Notes: generated from the sequence alone by a model not told the origin. A stretch of 64,000 nt of DNA from Bacteroidota bacterium (GCA_003175935.1 PSRI01000064.1:10831-74830); one strand, 5' to 3'; shown: positions 20,128-30,676, counted from the first letter of the stretch. Program-made: numbers and translations.

Positions 20128-21408
20128 TTAATCCTGAATTAGTTTTCCGATCTCCGCGATTGCTTTCTTTAATTTACTGATGTAAATAGGTGTCTGAAAT
20201 TTATAAACTTCACCATTCTTAAGAGTTATTTCTACTTTGTTAAATGATGTAAATGCAGGATTAGAACCTTTGGCCAGTTCAAAACCCGTATCATATAATC
20301 CGTCTGCGGTTACGGAGCGAATATCCGATATCTTAAATACTCTTTTTTCCCGAAACCTTTTAAGTATACTTCCACTGCGATATTCCACTGCATCCTTATA
20401 TACAATGATTTCATCTGAACCTGTGACCAAAAAAGCCAATATGCCAAAAGCTGCAACAATGATTGAGACGACAGGATTTTCCGGATAATGATATAATGCA
20501 TAAGCTGCTACCGAAAGAAAGGCAATTTTTAATATGGAGACCAGAATGACTTGCAATACTGAAAAAGTTCTGTATACAGGCATAGTGCAATATATCCAAA
20601 ATGGACTCAAAAAACGAAGCGTCTTAAATAAGAGATTACTGTTTGCTGGATTGGGCTTTTGATATTCTTTCACAATGCCCAGGATTTTAGATTTGGGGAC
20701 GAGGCCAAAAACTCTGGAATCCATCGCATCCGAAAATTTATCCCCAATGCAGAAAAAATAATTTTCACTTACTACATAAGCATCCGATGCTATGGGCATA
20801 TAATGATTAATGAGCGCCTGGTTGTCGGCGGTCAGGGTGTCTCCAATTTTAGGTAGAAATATGGGACCAAAATAATAGTGATTGAATCCCTTTGAAGTAT
20901 TAGTTCTTATAATTTCCCGATAAGCATATGTAGAATCAAAACCCAGCTCATGAATGGAATCAGTCAGGTGCTGATTTAATATTTGTTGCAACTGGTCTTT
21001 AGTTACATAAACCATCCAATAATGATCATTATAAATTTTATGTTCATATGCGCTCAGCAAATTCAAACGCGTAGAGTCCTTACAATAAGCGGAATACAAA
21101 GTCTTGCCTGAGGCAGGCCGATCAAACCGATGATTATTTATGAAAATAACACCCTTATTAATTTCTATTTTATCTCCAGGAATTCCAACGACGCGTCTGC
21201 ATGTTATCTCAGAAGCCGCTGGTAAATAAAATGCGATGAGGTCATTGCGACTAATTTGCGCTTTCGGTTCTATGCTTAATCGTGTTCCTTTTGTTATAGT
21301 AGTTTCCATGGAACTGTCTGGCATGATTAAAAAACCAGGAGGCTTCGAACAGGAAAGGCAAAGGAGGCCAAACAATATTGAGGACTTTAAAAATTTCATG
21401 CTTTTCAT
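20128..21408 (-). CDS. signal-peptidase-I (S26)-like domain fused to a C-terminal two-TM, PH-like membrane module; lipoprotein-type signal
   Basis: S26 blocks are present: PDSSMETTI (Ser box), DLIAFYLP, CRRVVGIPGDKIEI and CIGDKFSDAMDSRVFGLVP. The C-terminal ~165 aa has two hydrophobic helices followed by a soluble domain resembling bacterial PH (DUF304/bPH_2) modules. Confidence 0.7.
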   Translation of the reverse strand: MKSMKFLKSSILFGLLCLSCSKPPGFLIMPDSSMETTITKGTRLSIEPKAQISRNDLIAFYLPAASEITCRRVVGIPGDKIEINKGVIFINNHRFDRPASGKTLYSAYCKDSTRLNLLSAYEHKIYNDHYWMVYVTKDQLQQILNQHLTDSIHELGFDSTYAYREIIRTNTSKGFNHYYFGPIFLPKIGDTLTADNQALINHYMPIASDAYVVSENYFFCIGDKFSDAMDSRVFGLVPKSKILGIVKEYQKPNPANSNLLFKTLRFLSPFWIYCTMPVYRTFSVLQVILVSILKIAFLSVAAYALYHYPENPVVSIIVAAFGILAFLVTGSDEIIVYKDAVEYRSGSILKRFREKRVFKISDIRSVTADGLYDTGFELAKGSNPAFTSFNKVEITLKNGEVYKFQTPIYISKLKKAIAEIGKLIQD

Positions 21409-21454
21409 TTATGATAAAAAAATAACCAAATCATCACTTTGTTTTGTCATAAAA

Positions 21455-21495
21455 TTAAAGAACCCTTTGGAGGCTTCAGCCTCACAAAGGGTTTT
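21455..21495 (-). terminator. rho-independent terminator downstream of Rhs-A
   Basis: Hairpin CCCTTTGGAGGC-TTCA-GCCTCACAAAGGG (21463-21491). On the minus strand it is followed by a T-rich run (plus-strand AAAATTAAAG at 21451-21460). Confidence 0.6.
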
Positions 21496-21510
21496 CTTTA
21501 TCATATTTTC

Positions 21511-22361
21511 TTACCGGTTGAAATTATTGCTCGGGGCCACATAAGTTTTGTCAACGGCCGGCTTGGGTTGATAATTCAGAATATCGGTTCCCTGCTTAAC
21601 ATAAGGCTTATTGTTATTTTCAAAGAGGAACAATAGAGCGCCAATCGTTCGCATTTTCAATTCATCCGTCCTTTGTTCTTTAATCTCATCAAAATGATAT
21701 TCCGGGGCAGAGTTTGCGAAGGTCATTGTTAGCGTCATTGTAAAGGGCTTGCTCAATAAGAAGGTAGCAACCGGTGCAAACGACGGAAGTTTTTTGCCAA
21801 TATAGGGCAGCGCTTTTTTAACTAATACTTCTGCGATATCCTTGGCAACACCCAGATCATCTTTTTCCAAAAGATGACCCACTATCGAGGAACCCGGAGC
21901 AATATTCTCCACCATCGGCAGTTTCTTGGTTATTTCATTGTATTTATCTGCATATTCAATAACCGTGGTCGCTGTCTTGATGGCTTTCTTAATCTCATCA
22001 ATTTTTTCTTTATTACCCAGCAAACTATAATTGAAATCGTAGACTTCAGTATAAGTATCTGTAACTGTATTGGGATTGAAATCACGAGTACGCGTTTTGT
22101 TTGCACTAACCTTTACGATAAACTCACTTACAGTTTGCTCAATGATCTCCCTTTTTTCTTTGACAGTAAGTTCCCCACAAGTACCAAATTCTACAACGCT
22201 CATTGGTTCCTTCGGTCTTTTCAAGTCTTCCAGTTGCAACAATGAAAGGATTGCATTGACGGCATCATTGCGGGATTTCATCTGATCAAAAACGCTTACT
22301 GCTGTTTGCGGACAGTTAGTCGGCTTGGTTTCCGAGCTGGAGACCATGATCATTACTTTTT
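21511..22361 (-). other. Rhs-A C-terminal variable (toxin) tail, ~285 aa, family not recognised
   Basis: This is the sequence after the DIDGMEE core boundary. It is visibly more AT-rich than the shell region and I recognise no catalytic motif. Confidence 0.6.
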
Positions 22362-25300
22362 CTTCCATGCCATCAATATCGATAGCCATGATCGGTTTAT
22401 CCCCGGCAAATTGATAAGGCGTATACCAGGGATAGGCTTTTGCGAGAGGATCTGTGCTCAGGAATTTTCCTAAAACTGGATTATAGATCCTGAATCCGTA
22501 ATCGTATTCGGTGAGGCTGCTGGCATTCTTGTCCTTTTCCTTTCCATTAAATCCGTAACGGTAATCATTACCCGAAGTGAAATTGCGGCCCGGCATTATC
22601 ATACCAAATGGGTAATAGTCCGATGCCGTCATGATATCCGCCGCATATGAATCCACAGTCGTCCCCCCTGCGCTTATCTGCACACGGCGGTCACTCACTG
22701 TCACCAAAACATTGCCCAGGTGATTGCTTAACTCAAAGATTTTTTCCTCCCTTGTAAATACCGCTCTGATGGCCTTTCCGAAAGTTCCACCCAGGAATAA
22801 GGTGTCGGTGGTAGCGACATGTTGGAGAGACATACCTATCCGTTTACCACCATATATATCAATTTCACTCTGCACCAGCGATCCACCTGCAGGTTTAACA
22901 TAAACGCTCATGACATTGCCGGAAGCGTCGCGCACATAAATCGTGGTGTCTGCAGCAGTCTGTTTCATAATCCGATTGCCCAATTCATCATATACGTAGC
23001 GGATTACTGCCCCCGATTTGGTGATACTGCTGATCTTTCCTGCAACAGTCCAGCTGATATTGGTGATGCCTTCACTATTATCAACGATCAGGTTTCCCAT
23101 GGGATCATACTGATAGTTCGCGCCTGCCTGACCTTGTTTCAAATCATTATACAGCGGATAATTCCCCGCGCTGGCGTCCGCAGCCACATCTACTACTTTG
23201 TCGAGTTGATTGGTAGCAGGTTTATAGGTATACGTCAGATTATCCATCGCCGTTCGAGAAGCGTCTCCGTTTCTTGAATAAGAAAGAATATTTCCATTCG
23301 CATCATAGGCTACACGTTCCTGATAATCCGTCACTGACGCCGGAGTAAAAGTTCCTGCAGCAGGTACCAGGCCATTGTATACATCCATCGCCACCATCCT
23401 GTTCAACTGGTCATAATGATAATTATACAATTTTGTAGTGCCTAGTTTGGGAAGGTTCACACCCATAGCTGCGATATTTCCATTATACAACGGTGCAGCA
23501 TTAGCGCCTAAAGCAGCCATTATACTGGTCGTTTGAGGCGGCAGACCAATGGCCCGGTAATCATTTTTATAATAATTTAAACTGTAGCCAAACACGTCGG
23601 CAGCCACTGGAAATCCTTCGCTTGTGTCTGTGCCGTTTGTCAGCGTTCCCCCCATCGCAGGGTTCACACCTTTGATCCATCCCTGAAGAGTGTAGGCATA
23701 ATCGATACCCTGCAACCGCAATTGACCAAGATCATTGCGCGCTAACCAGCCATGCTTATAATAGGTATAATGTGCTTCACGCTCTGTAAATAATAGAAGC
23801 ATCACACTATCCCTTCCACTATAAACATCAGTCAGGCGGTTCTCCGCATCGTAGAGATATCGTTGGTAGTAAGCATCAGGTTGACCAGGCTGGTAAGACA
23901 TTGAATTTACTTTTCCACTAATCAGATCATAACAATAGGCAATCGTTTTGAAGCGGTCGTTGCCAAGATTCATTGCATTAATAACGCCTGCCCTGTTTCC
24001 AAAATCTTTAAGAACAGTATCGATGTTTCCATGAATATCATAATTGTAATACGTTGCACTGGCCGGATAAACATCAGCCGCATTATTAAATTGTTGGGTA
24101 TAGCTTACGCGACTGCGCACATTCGATTGACCCAAAGCCACTCCGTTAGTTGGACCGTAAGCTGTGTCGTAAACTGTGACTGTGATTTGAGATCTTGAAG
24201 CAGTTGCGTTAGTGAACCAGGTCAACAGATTCGCATCATTTTTAGCTGTTGCATCCGACATCGCAGTTCCTCCTGTAATTTGTCCAACCTGTGTCATTCT
24301 GCCAAGGGAGTCATACATCGTGTAGCTATAGACGTTACCCAAAACAGCCTGCTTTGCATTCTGACTTGCAACGATCCGTCCCAACCTGTCATACCATAAT
24401 TTCACGGTTCCTCCGTCTGGAGATTTTTGAATGATAATTTGATTAAGGCTGTTATAACAATAGCGCGTCACTAAACTGTGCGATGGCGTGAGTGTCAATC
24501 CGGCATTTTTGAAATTTTCAACACTGTCTATAAAGCTTTGTCGGTAGATCGGATTGACTCCCTTGGGAGAGACGGTCTTGACAAGATTCCCAGCCTGGTC
24601 ATAATAATAAAGAGTATAATGGTATTCTTTTACCGTATCCGTCACTTTGAAAATCTCTGCTGCCGATAAACATTTGGATACATAAGCTGCTTTAAAATCC
24701 GCTATGAGTTGTTGATTAATGGCATCGAACATGACCGCAGCTTTCACAGTTGCCCTGTTTCTGACCACCTGACAAGGCGCCTGCGCTTGCACGAGACCGG
24801 TAGTATCGTTCAACGGAATTGTATTCATACAAACTGACAATCCACTTCCCGTTCCTGTAATGCCACCGATGGGACAACCATAGGTATTAAATCTATCACT
24901 GTAGAATTGCCAGTTATGTTGAAGACCCGTTTTGTAGTTGACAAATTTTGCGAAGAGGTCATTATATGCCAGCACCGTATCATTGGTTATGGTTCCTGTA
25001 AATACAGGATGTCTTCCGAATATTGAAAAGAACGCTGTATCATAGCTTTTGAAGCTTGTGCAATTATAACAACTGTAACTACTATCACTGAATCCACAGG
25101 TAAGGTACTGCGGTAGTGGTTGCGGACTTACCAGGGGTGCGATGGAAAGTTGCTGACAGGTGGTAAAATAGCACATATGTGTACCTGTCTTGTCTGTACA
25201 AATTGCTGAATCCGGGTGGCAGCCATAATTAAAGGCCACATAACATTGCTGTAAGCCTGCGTACAATACTGCAGTAATCGTATCCTGATACATTGTGCGC

Positions 25301-28300
25301 AAATACTGATTAATACTAGGCAAAGAATAAGCATTATAACCAGCATTAGTTATTTTCTGTTGAAGGATGCTAAACTGGGAACAAGTGCAACTGTCAACAC
25401 CGGCCACATACTGTTTAGTCACCACTGGATTTTTGCCATATGGTTTTGGAAAGTCGACCACATAGGAATTACAAAATTGATCTCTCGGTATCAGCAAGCT
25501 GTCCAAGACTTTATTAATTACCTGTTCAAAGCTCGTATATGTATTACCACTGTAAGCCGGAGCTACTGTAGAAGAACCAAACGGATTTGCACCATCAGTT
25601 CCAAATGCGCATACCAAAGCCATTCTTGCTGTAATGGTGGCGATCACCGCTTCCCTGGTTGTCGAATCCGGAATTTTTGTAGCAAATGCAGGGCACTGTA
25701 GCAGCGTGAGTCTCCATCCATTAATATAGCTGTCGCAATGACTACTGTATTTAGTCACTGAATCTTTCAATCCAACAGTAGGATAGACTCCAGACTGGTT
25801 GGGATACCAGGTTGTAAACTGACTATTGCTGGCCTGCTGTACATTATCATACGGGAAATAAATCCGGTATCCCTGATTGATCAGGTTTCTATTGTCCAGC
25901 GTATCGGTGTGCAAACAAATATATCTGTTGACCATGTCTTCACGCGCCTGAGTATAAGAGCTCTTAAATAGATTCCAGGCTTGAAGTTGCATTGCAGCCG
26001 TCAATGGCACTGCACCTGTTCCGGGATTAATAGAAGTTCCAGTGACTACAAAGGTTTTCGGCATTGCGTTATAACAGGGAACCCTAGACGCAGAATCCGG
26101 ATAAGTTTTACAACCGAAAACATCACCATAAGCAATCTGCCACATGCTGAAACCACCCTGCCAGCTGGTATCGGTAAATTTTTTCATCGCATTTTTATCA
26201 GTTGTCGTAGAGACTACAGTGAAAAATGGATCAGAAGCATTGGGACTGAAAGCCAGGCTCACGGATTGGTTCACGCTATCCATAAAATTGTAGCTGTTTT
26301 GCAAATTGGCAACTGCGTAATTGAGTTTGGCAAATTCAGGATGATAAGGCAAGAGCGAACTTGCCCAAGAATTCACAAACTGCGATTCAAAATTTGCCCC
26401 GGTTACCCCTGTTAAAATGGAGGGCAATACTGTAGAATCAATCCTTCCATAAGCATCGTAATAAAAGTCTGCCACACCAGCCTGATTGCGCGGTGTTTTA
26501 TAGAAAGGTTGTGGATAAGAAGAACCGCTCAAAGAAAAAATATTGTACTTGTTATACATCGTTCCCGAGCCCACATCTTTAGCATATTGCCCACTATAGG
26601 GAGCCATATCTCCCAACATTTGCAAGCGTATATTGTCCAGCGTATGAGAGGTATTCATGTTAAGCGATTGACAAAAAGTGGAATCATTCACAAATTGATT
26701 TCGAATATCGTTGAGTTGTGAACTGTTCAGTTGACCGACAGTCAGGCCTAAGGTTGTGGCGTAATTGTTCAGGTAGGTAGTATAGGTTCCGAGAGTAGCC
26801 AGGCAACTGCTGCAAGTCAGTTGCGATGCAGCAATTCCACATCCGGATGCTGAGGAATCTGCAGCCGCCAGTGAATCAATTAGAAATTGCTGTGTCCTAC
26901 AGAGACCCACATTAATCGTATCATATTTCTGCAGGAATTTTGTAAGCGAGTCCTGATTAATGGTGAGTGTCTTGCGAACGTTGTAAGAACCCGGTGGAAG
27001 TAAGATTGCATTGGTCCAATTGATGGTGTCAATGCCAGCGAAATTGTAAACAAAAGCACTTGTATCACCACTTTCATCACTAATCGAAATCTGAAGATCA
27101 AATTTGCAGTTGTATGAAACCGTGCCCGAACAGGTGGGCATAGTGAGAATTTGTTTGGGAAGATTATATGTGAAACTGTAAAGTGTTTTATAAGGAACCA
27201 GAATGGTATTGACCGACTCGATCGAATTGCCTTTTAGAACGTTCGAACCTTTGTCAATTAAATTGCGCGTCATCACTTTTCCCGCCTGATTTTTATATAG
27301 CGAAGTATCTGCAATATTCAGTGCCTGTAATGCATTAGGTCCCTGCCCGGCCAGTGCCGTTGCTACCTTTCGTCCGTGCATGTCTGTATAGCTCACACTC
27401 ATTTGCCCGTTGGCATCCAGGATCATATTTTTAAAATAGTGTGTATAGTTGCCGACCTCTGTACCAAAGAGTGCGTCAAGCTCTTCCTGGGCCGCTGTTC
27501 CATAATAGTAACGAGTAGCATGTGCACTTCCGAGCTGCAACGAATCGCCCACCCCGCCCTGCATCAGGATTCTGCCAGTGCCGTCCGGAGTAAAGCGCGT
27601 TGCCGCATAGGCGTAACCGTTAGCGTCCGGAATGTTTTTATTAAAAGCAGTAGTCGATTTCTCGGGGTTCGCACCACTGAAGTAGAGACTTGCTCCACGC
27701 ATAGTATCCAAAGGAGATGTTGCATATTTACCTGAGGTACTTGTGGTAAAATCAAAATAATCGAGGGGATTGGTGTTATCGGGCTGGGTGTTAAACTTAT
27801 TGAAGTTTTTGGTATACGCAATAATGTTTTTCATTCCGGGTGCAGGCAATACCTGGATCGCTGCCCTTCCTTGCGCATCATAAAAGCTTTCCGCAACAAT
27901 GGTGGTCTGAGTATAGTTATCCTTAGTCACGGTCTGTCGCGAGCGTAGAGAGCCATCATAATACTGGATTATCGTTTTGCGCTTGCCCTCTTCTGCAAAT
28001 GCAGTATGCATCTGCCAGTTCAAACTATCATTGTGTCCGTTAAATGCAAAAGTTTGTACCCCGGACCAGGGGCCATCACTCCTGCTACCGGATGGCATAA
28101 TACTCACCCCTCTGACTCTGAAAAATAATTTCCCAATTCCAGCATAGACTAACGGTATAGCGTAACTTCCAGCAGCAGCACCCCCGGGAATATCAATTCT
28201 GGAAGCACCACTCTTGAACAACAGGGCTGTGTCAAAAACGCTTCCATTGATATAAGTACCTGCCAATTCGTTTTCCAGCCATGTCCACTCAAGTTGCGTT

Positions 28301-30516
28301 GCATTGTTATTGGTATGAATCGGATGAACCCAGTTTACAGATAGCGCATCGGGTACTGTTCCACCGGATGGAGTCGTATAACTCAGCACCGGTTTTTTGT
28401 TGTCCGCCAAAGCGTAAAATCTGGTACCCATTAATGAATTCGTCAGCAATAAAACCTGCTTGGTATCAAAAGAGACAGAATTTACAGTAGTTGGTGCATT
28501 AACGCGTAGCACAGTCACCCGGGTAAACTCGGCATTATTAAAATTGAGATAATGAATCGCATTATATTTATTACCGGCATTCTTTGTATACGTTACTGTT
28601 AGTTGTGTAGAATCTACCTGGAAAATATCGGAAGCTGAGTGACCATATTCTATTTTCACCACAACATATGCCGTGAAATCCCCCGGAATGAATTTATTAG
28701 TTTCTTCAATCACTCGCAAAGCGATCACATTTCGAATGGTGTGCGCCTGAGAATACAAAGTGTCCTGGGTAAACTGAGTGGTCTTCACTGTATTTTGAAC
28801 CAGGGAGATCGTATCAGTAATAATGGGGTCATCAATTCCTTTACCAAGTTTCATAATCTGGGAAGACAGTGGGATAACAGTCATGCCTAACTGCTGCGAT
28901 GAAGTGCCGCAGGCATTGGTTAGCGTGTATGTGATCGTGGCCGTACCTGTTGCCACGCCGGTAATCACACCATTGGCATCCGTTTTGGCAATTCCTGCAT
29001 TGTTGCTGCTCCAGGTGCCGCCTCCCACTGCATCAACAAGCTGGGTCGTGGAGTTTAACACTACATTGGTATTACCCGTGATGGCTGCAGCATTCGGACT
29101 ATTGAGGGTGACAATCGCCACATTATTGCTGTTGGGTGAAAAGCCGTAAGTAGTGTATGAAACGGCATAGTAAGTACCTGCAACCGTTGTGGCGTAAGTT
29201 GTGCCCGTTGCTAAGAGTGTATTACTTGCATTGTACCATCTATAGCTGCCGCTGCCTCCCGATGCTGTGAGCGTTGCCGTAGCGCCATTACACAATGTTG
29301 TGGCATTGCTACTAATTGAAGGAGCAGAAGGAATGGTAATACTGACCACATTGCTATTAGCTGTATTGCCTTGCGAACTTACAGCCACATAATATAAAGT
29401 CGTAGCGGTAATCACGCCGGTAGTATACGTTGACGTTGTTACACCGCTGAGTAGAGTATAAGTGCTTCCTCCATTCGTGGAGTAATACCAGGCATAAGTA
29501 TAGGTACCATCTCCTCCGCTGGGTGAAACACTCAAACTATTGATCGAGCCACTACCACTTGGAGTGGTGTTGGTGACGCTCAATACCCCCGATGGAAGCG
29601 TAGTCACCGTAACAGTTGCGGTATTACTCGTGACAGTGGCTGAATTGCTGGTGACATTGAGTCGATACCAGGTTGAAGTAGTCATGACACCAGGACTGTA
29701 AGTAGAAGCCACCGCTCCGGAAATATTCGTCCAATTGCCTCCGCCGGGTGGAGAACTTTGCCATTGATAGGTGTAAGTTCCATTACCTCCGCTCACACTT
29801 GAAGTCAGCTGGGCAGAGCTCTGGCCGCTGATCAAATTCTGCGTGGCAGGACTGATGGTATTGGTGATTTGCGGATAAACATTCACCCATACGGCATTGG
29901 AATAAGCAGTTTGGCCAGACGTATTTTCTAAAACCCTTCTTTGATAATAAGTCAGACTGGTCAGGGAACCCGAAGTATAGTTTTGGGTATTGCTCGAGGG
30001 TATATCAGTATAATTGGTGCCATCGGGTGAAGTCATCCAGGTATAAGTATAACTGGGTGACGTAGCTCCCCCTGTAGGTAAGGTGCCGGTAATGGTAGCA
30101 GTGTTGCCATAATTAATAGTTTGTGATTGCGGAGAAAGCGATCCTGGGGTCAATTGTGGCGTTGCAGTAATGTTAATTGTCTTACTCCCCAGGCTAATCA
30201 CAATATTCAAACTTCCAGTAGGTGAATTCCAGGTCACACTCACGGGAATTGAATACAGAACATTACTACATACACCAGACTTCACTGTATTCTGTGTGCC
30301 CGTCACTACTCCACCAGTAATTGTCCATGTGTAATTTCCATTATAAACGACCGTACCCGAACCATTATACAGAACGTTGTAAGTATACGAAGTTCCCTGC
30401 GTACAGGCAGTCGGACCAGATATGCTTACCTGGCTCCATCCATTACTAACGGTCAGGCATAGGGCAAGAATAGCGATGCCATAGATTCTAAAAATTTGCC
30501 GTTTTGTTTGTAGCAT
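21511..30516 (-). CDS. Rhs-A: giant secreted polymorphic toxin (Ig-like repeats + Big_2-like domain + DUF6443-like region + Cys-rich insert + YD/RHS shell + variable C-terminal tail)
   Basis: ~3000-aa ORF. The ATG at 30516 gives signal peptide MLQTKRQIFRIYGIAILALCLTVSNGWSQ. Ig-like repeats carry GG.G.Y.Y.W. A Big_2-like segment spans ~28873-29091. YD repeats (YxYDxxGRL type) run from ~24630. The RHS core end is RIYNPVLGKFLSTDPLAKAYPWYTPYQFAGDKPIMAIDIDGMEE at ~22362-22500. Confidence 0.9.
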   Translation of the reverse strand: MLQTKRQIFRIYGIAILALCLTVSNGWSQVSISGPTACTQGTSYTYNVLYNGSGTVVYNGNYTWTITGGVVTGTQNTVKSGVCSNVLYSIPVSVTWNSPTGSLNIVISLGSKTINITATPQLTPGSLSPQSQTINYGNTATITGTLPTGGATSPSYTYTWMTSPDGTNYTDIPSSNTQNYTSGSLTSLTYYQRRVLENTSGQTAYSNAVWVNVYPQITNTISPATQNLISGQSSAQLTSSVSGGNGTYTYQWQSSPPGGGNWTNISGAVASTYSPGVMTTSTWYRLNVTSNSATVTSNTATVTVTTLPSGVLSVTNTTPSGSGSINSLSVSPSGGDGTYTYAWYYSTNGGSTYTLLSGVTTSTYTTGVITATTLYYVAVSSQGNTANSNVVSITIPSAPSISSNATTLCNGATATLTASGGSGSYRWYNASNTLLATGTTYATTVAGTYYAVSYTTYGFSPNSNNVAIVTLNSPNAAAITGNTNVVLNSTTQLVDAVGGGTWSSNNAGIAKTDANGVITGVATGTATITYTLTNACGTSSQQLGMTVIPLSSQIMKLGKGIDDPIITDTISLVQNTVKTTQFTQDTLYSQAHTIRNVIALRVIEETNKFIPGDFTAYVVVKIEYGHSASDIFQVDSTQLTVTYTKNAGNKYNAIHYLNFNNAEFTRVTVLRVNAPTTVNSVSFDTKQVLLLTNSLMGTRFYALADNKKPVLSYTTPSGGTVPDALSVNWVHPIHTNNNATQLEWTWLENELAGTYINGSVFDTALLFKSGASRIDIPGGAAAGSYAIPLVYAGIGKLFFRVRGVSIMPSGSRSDGPWSGVQTFAFNGHNDSLNWQMHTAFAEEGKRKTIIQYYDGSLRSRQTVTKDNYTQTTIVAESFYDAQGRAAIQVLPAPGMKNIIAYTKNFNKFNTQPDNTNPLDYFDFTTSTSGKYATSPLDTMRGASLYFSGANPEKSTTAFNKNIPDANGYAYAATRFTPDGTGRILMQGGVGDSLQLGSAHATRYYYGTAAQEELDALFGTEVGNYTHYFKNMILDANGQMSVSYTDMHGRKVATALAGQGPNALQALNIADTSLYKNQAGKVMTRNLIDKGSNVLKGNSIESVNTILVPYKTLYSFTYNLPKQILTMPTCSGTVSYNCKFDLQISISDESGDTSAFVYNFAGIDTINWTNAILLPPGSYNVRKTLTINQDSLTKFLQKYDTINVGLCRTQQFLIDSLAAADSSASGCGIAASQLTCSSCLATLGTYTTYLNNYATTLGLTVGQLNSSQLNDIRNQFVNDSTFCQSLNMNTSHTLDNIRLQMLGDMAPYSGQYAKDVGSGTMYNKYNIFSLSGSSYPQPFYKTPRNQAGVADFYYDAYGRIDSTVLPSILTGVTGANFESQFVNSWASSLLPYHPEFAKLNYAVANLQNSYNFMDSVNQSVSLAFSPNASDPFFTVVSTTTDKNAMKKFTDTSWQGGFSMWQIAYGDVFGCKTYPDSASRVPCYNAMPKTFVVTGTSINPGTGAVPLTAAMQLQAWNLFKSSYTQAREDMVNRYICLHTDTLDNRNLINQGYRIYFPYDNVQQASNSQFTTWYPNQSGVYPTVGLKDSVTKYSSHCDSYINGWRLTLLQCPAFATKIPDSTTREAVIATITARMALVCAFGTDGANPFGSSTVAPAYSGNTYTSFEQVINKVLDSLLIPRDQFCNSYVVDFPKPYGKNPVVTKQYVAGVDSCTCSQFSILQQKITNAGYNAYSLPSINQYLRTMYQDTITAVLYAGLQQCYVAFNYGCHPDSAICTDKTGTHMCYFTTCQQLSIAPLVSPQPLPQYLTCGFSDSSYSCYNCTSFKSYDTAFFSIFGRHPVFTGTITNDTVLAYNDLFAKFVNYKTGLQHNWQFYSDRFNTYGCPIGGITGTGSGLSVCMNTIPLNDTTGLVQAQAPCQVVRNRATVKAAVMFDAINQQLIADFKAAYVSKCLSAAEIFKVTDTVKEYHYTLYYYDQAGNLVKTVSPKGVNPIYRQSFIDSVENFKNAGLTLTPSHSLVTRYCYNSLNQIIIQKSPDGGTVKLWYDRLGRIVASQNAKQAVLGNVYSYTMYDSLGRMTQVGQITGGTAMSDATAKNDANLLTWFTNATASRSQITVTVYDTAYGPTNGVALGQSNVRSRVSYTQQFNNAADVYPASATYYNYDIHGNIDTVLKDFGNRAGVINAMNLGNDRFKTIAYCYDLISGKVNSMSYQPGQPDAYYQRYLYDAENRLTDVYSGRDSVMLLLFTEREAHYTYYKHGWLARNDLGQLRLQGIDYAYTLQGWIKGVNPAMGGTLTNGTDTSEGFPVAADVFGYSLNYYKNDYRAIGLPPQTTSIMAALGANAAPLYNGNIAAMGVNLPKLGTTKLYNYHYDQLNRMVAMDVYNGLVPAAGTFTPASVTDYQERVAYDANGNILSYSRNGDASRTAMDNLTYTYKPATNQLDKVVDVAADASAGNYPLYNDLKQGQAGANYQYDPMGNLIVDNSEGITNISWTVAGKISSITKSGAVIRYVYDELGNRIMKQTAADTTIYVRDASGNVMSVYVKPAGGSLVQSEIDIYGGKRIGMSLQHVATTDTLFLGGTFGKAIRAVFTREEKIFELSNHLGNVLVTVSDRRVQISAGGTTVDSYAADIMTASDYYPFGMIMPGRNFTSGNDYRYGFNGKEKDKNASSLTEYDYGFRIYNPVLGKFLSTDPLAKAYPWYTPYQFAGDKPIMAIDIDGMEEKVMIMVSSSETKPTNCPQTAVSVFDQMKSRNDAVNAILSLLQLEDLKRPKEPMSVVEFGTCGELTVKEKREIIEQTVSEFIVKVSANKTRTRDFNPNTVTDTYTEVYDFNYSLLGNKEKIDEIKKAIKTATTVIEYADKYNEITKKLPMVENIAPGSSIVGHLLEKDDLGVAKDIAEVLVKKALPYIGKKLPSFAPVATFLLSKPFTMTLTMTFANSAPEYHFDEIKEQRTDELKMRTIGALLFLFENNNKPYVKQGTDILNYQPKPAVDKTYVAPSNNFNR

Positions 30517-30676
30517 GGTCAATCATTCTTTTTAGGTTGATCTTCTCCCAGCTGGATCTCTCTGCTTCGGAAATGGGGTTCTTTATTCTGGAAATATTCC
30601 CTGGAAACGGATTTTTTTACTTTAGTCTATCCTCGACAAGCTTGCGCCAAAAAAATGCAATGCTTTCGTTTTTGCT

